Shown: piece by piece, positions 62,318 through 64,000 of the stretch | Layout: each line of letters starts with the position of its first letter | Numbering within the stretch: the stretch's first letter is position 1 | NCBI GenBank assembly: GCA_045863295.1 | Contig: BTWA01000024.1 | Coordinates: 29,608-93,607 of the forward strand | Length of the DNA: 64,000 bases | Reading direction: 5' to 3' | Origin: Candidatus Hydrogenedentota bacterium | GTDB lineage: Bacteria > Hydrogenedentota > Hydrogenedentia > Hydrogenedentales > SLHB01 | Program-made: the position numbers and the translations under genes | The notes under the pieces: model-generated | Seen by the model: only the letters and a program-made list of their open reading frames with translations | Database searches by the model: none | Told to the model about the DNA's origin: nothing

Positions 62318-62399
62318 GCCGTCCTGCCCATTAAGAGGAGACCTCCGGTCGCTACACGTGACAGGGTCGGAAACCCTGTCACAACAGAGGCGGCCGCGC

Positions 62400-62614
62400 T
62401 GCCGCCATCCACTTCAACCCTCATCCAGACCGCCAAACGACACGGCATCGACCCCTACGCGTATATACGCAACGTCCTTCTCCGCCTCACCACCGAACCC
62501 AACAATGACCTCCGCCAACTCTTCCCAGGCCAATGGAAAGCCCCAATTCAAGGCTGAGCGCACCCGTTGCCCCAAACCCGTCACGCGGGTGCATGGTGTC
62601 TACCGGACGCTTAC
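62400..62614 (+). mobile_element. IS66-family remnant: transposase C-terminus plus right terminal repeat
   Basis: TLIQTAKRHGIDPYAYIRNVLLRL...LFPGQWK; ends in ACCGGACGCTTAC (reverse complement GTAAGCGTCCGGT, an IS66-type end). Left boundary approximate. Confidence 0.8.
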
Positions 62615-62629
62615 GTCCGCCGTGAAGGA

Positions 62630-63076
62630 TCACCCATCGTTATTCGGTATCTTCTTATGATCAGCCTGCGCCTGCTTTGCCTGAAACCCCAATTCTGCAA
62701 TTCGCTTGTGAAATGGTGCGGAGCGTCGTACGCATTCAGAAAGCAACGACACCTTTGGTTTCAAGAGAGCCCAAGCCTCGTCACTAGAAAGCTTAGTCGC
62801 TACCAGCAAGAATGCAAATATAGTCTCCGCCTCGCTATTCAGAAGATCGTCAACCCATTCCCCTGAAACGCCCTCTTCCAATATCTTCGAGTAGAACCCA
62901 TACTCACGGATCTGGGTTTTGATGTGAACAGCCAAATCGGAAGACGATTGTAAGTTTACGGAAGTAGGCTCCTGCAATTCCTCTAAGAGCACCGAATTGA
63001 TAGCAACTTCCATAACCCACACCGCAGCCCATACTTCTTCCTCATACACATGATCCGAGCAAAATGGGAAAAACAC
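62630..63076 (-). CDS. Putative immunity protein for the RHS toxin
   Basis: Small, acidic, lower-GC ORF 56 bp downstream of the RHS stop; assignment is positional only. Confidence 0.5.
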   Translation of the reverse strand: MFFPFCSDHVYEEEVWAAVWVMEVAINSVLLEELQEPTSVNLQSSSDLAVHIKTQIREYGFYSKILEEGVSGEWVDDLLNSEAETIFAFLLVATKLSSDEAWALLKPKVSLLSECVRRSAPFHKRIAELGFQAKQAQADHKKIPNNDG

Positions 63077-63132
63077 TATTAATCGTCCATCATTCGCGAT
63101 CTATGCGTCACTGGATCTATATAACTAATTCA

Positions 63133-64000
63133 CTAGATTGCAAGAAGCGGCACGAGAGCGCATGTTCCCGCACCTCCAGTCACCACAATAAACGCTATAC
63201 CACCAACAATTACGATTGCGCCAACAGCAGCACACTCGACGGGATGTTCATATACAAACTCGCAAACCTTGTCAACGGCCATATCAATCTCGCAAGCTAC
63301 TCTTATTGCCATACATTCAGCGTAACATATTGCCCTAGCTGCTGCAGTGCGTCTATGCTTGCAATCCTCAATACACCAGTCGTATTCCTGCTTGCACCAC
63401 TCCAATGAGTGGAGACCGAATGGATCAGTATAAATGACTGGATTCCCCCGGCCATACCCATACATGTTCGATCCATCAATCATACCGAGTGGATCTCGCG
63501 TCATCCAGCGCGAGAAGTCCGGACTGTACGCGCGATAAGGAAAATGATACAAACCAACATGCGCATCCCAAGGCTTGCCCGTAAAAGACGCAGGAATCGC
63601 ACTAACGTCAACACCTGCCGCAATATTAGGCATGCCAAAGGGACTGAACCCGTAACTGCCCACAACGCTCTTGTTCGCTGCATAGAGGCCCCGCGTCGAC
63701 CCTAAGTGGTCATGCACATAGTACTGCGCCGTACCGCTAGACGGATCATCACTATCCACATGCGCCAACAACCGGGAAACTGCTTGCAGGGGCCTTTGGT
63801 AATAATGGCTCCGCACCAAATCGCCCGTGTTGTCCTCCTCATTCAATACATTCCAACCCAGATCATAGCGGTATTTCGTCGTCACGCTGTTCGCTGTCCG
63901 CGTCCGGCGCTTCTTGTCCCCGCCCAACTCGTAGGTCACATTTGATTCGCCGGGGAAGTTGCTGTCGACGTTGTAGAGCATGCTTCCGTAGCGGTAGGCG
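63133..64000 (-). CDS. RHS repeat-associated core protein with variable C-terminus (5' end outside the window)
   Basis: YYVHDHLGSTR, FTGK, GLYHFPYRAYSP...RWMTRDPLG and NPVIYTDPFGL; frame stays open to the window edge. Confidence 0.92.
   Translation of the reverse strand, partial: AYRYGSMLYNVDSNFPGESNVTYELGGDKKRRTRTANSVTTKYRYDLGWNVLNEEDNTGDLVRSHYYQRPLQAVSRLLAHVDSDDPSSGTAQYYVHDHLGSTRGLYAANKSVVGSYGFSPFGMPNIAAGVDVSAIPASFTGKPWDAHVGLYHFPYRAYSPDFSRWMTRDPLGMIDGSNMYGYGRGNPVIYTDPFGLHSLEWCKQEYDWCIEDCKHRRTAAARAICYAECMAIRVACEIDMAVDKVCEFVYEHPVECAAVGAIVIVGGIAFIVVTGGAGTCALVPLLAI

Overview
About 64 kb of moderately GC-rich bacterial chromosome. The gene content and repeat style resemble PVC-like or Candidatus Hydrogenedentes genomes, but that is inference only. 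Positions 1-48 kb are mostly housekeeping: AsmA-like, SPOR, a frameshifted panE-like gene, tgt-yajC-secDF, a flippase, beta-oxidation genes, an XPB-AddB-AddA repair cluster, glgX, leuA with a leader-peptide attenuator, HU/IHF, tatC-tatB and MrfAB-like helicase/exonuclease. Positions 49.0-56.6 kb hold a complete type II-C CRISPR-Cas locus: a 1091-aa Cas9, cas1, cas2, 21 repeats of 37 bp with 20 spacers, and a tracrRNA of about 73 nt. Every repeat carries a full TTGACT-N17-TAAAAT promoter. An ArdC-like/HExxH protease gene abuts the array, and the whole block lies between two near-identical 80-bp direct repeats. The right end holds an FHA-GAF histidine kinase, an ECF sigma/anti-sigma locus with two matching divergent promoters, and an RHS toxin hotspot (Cys-rich hydrophobic C-terminus, putative immunity gene, IS66 remnant, orphan RHS fragment). 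All calls come from reading motifs by eye; no database searches were run.
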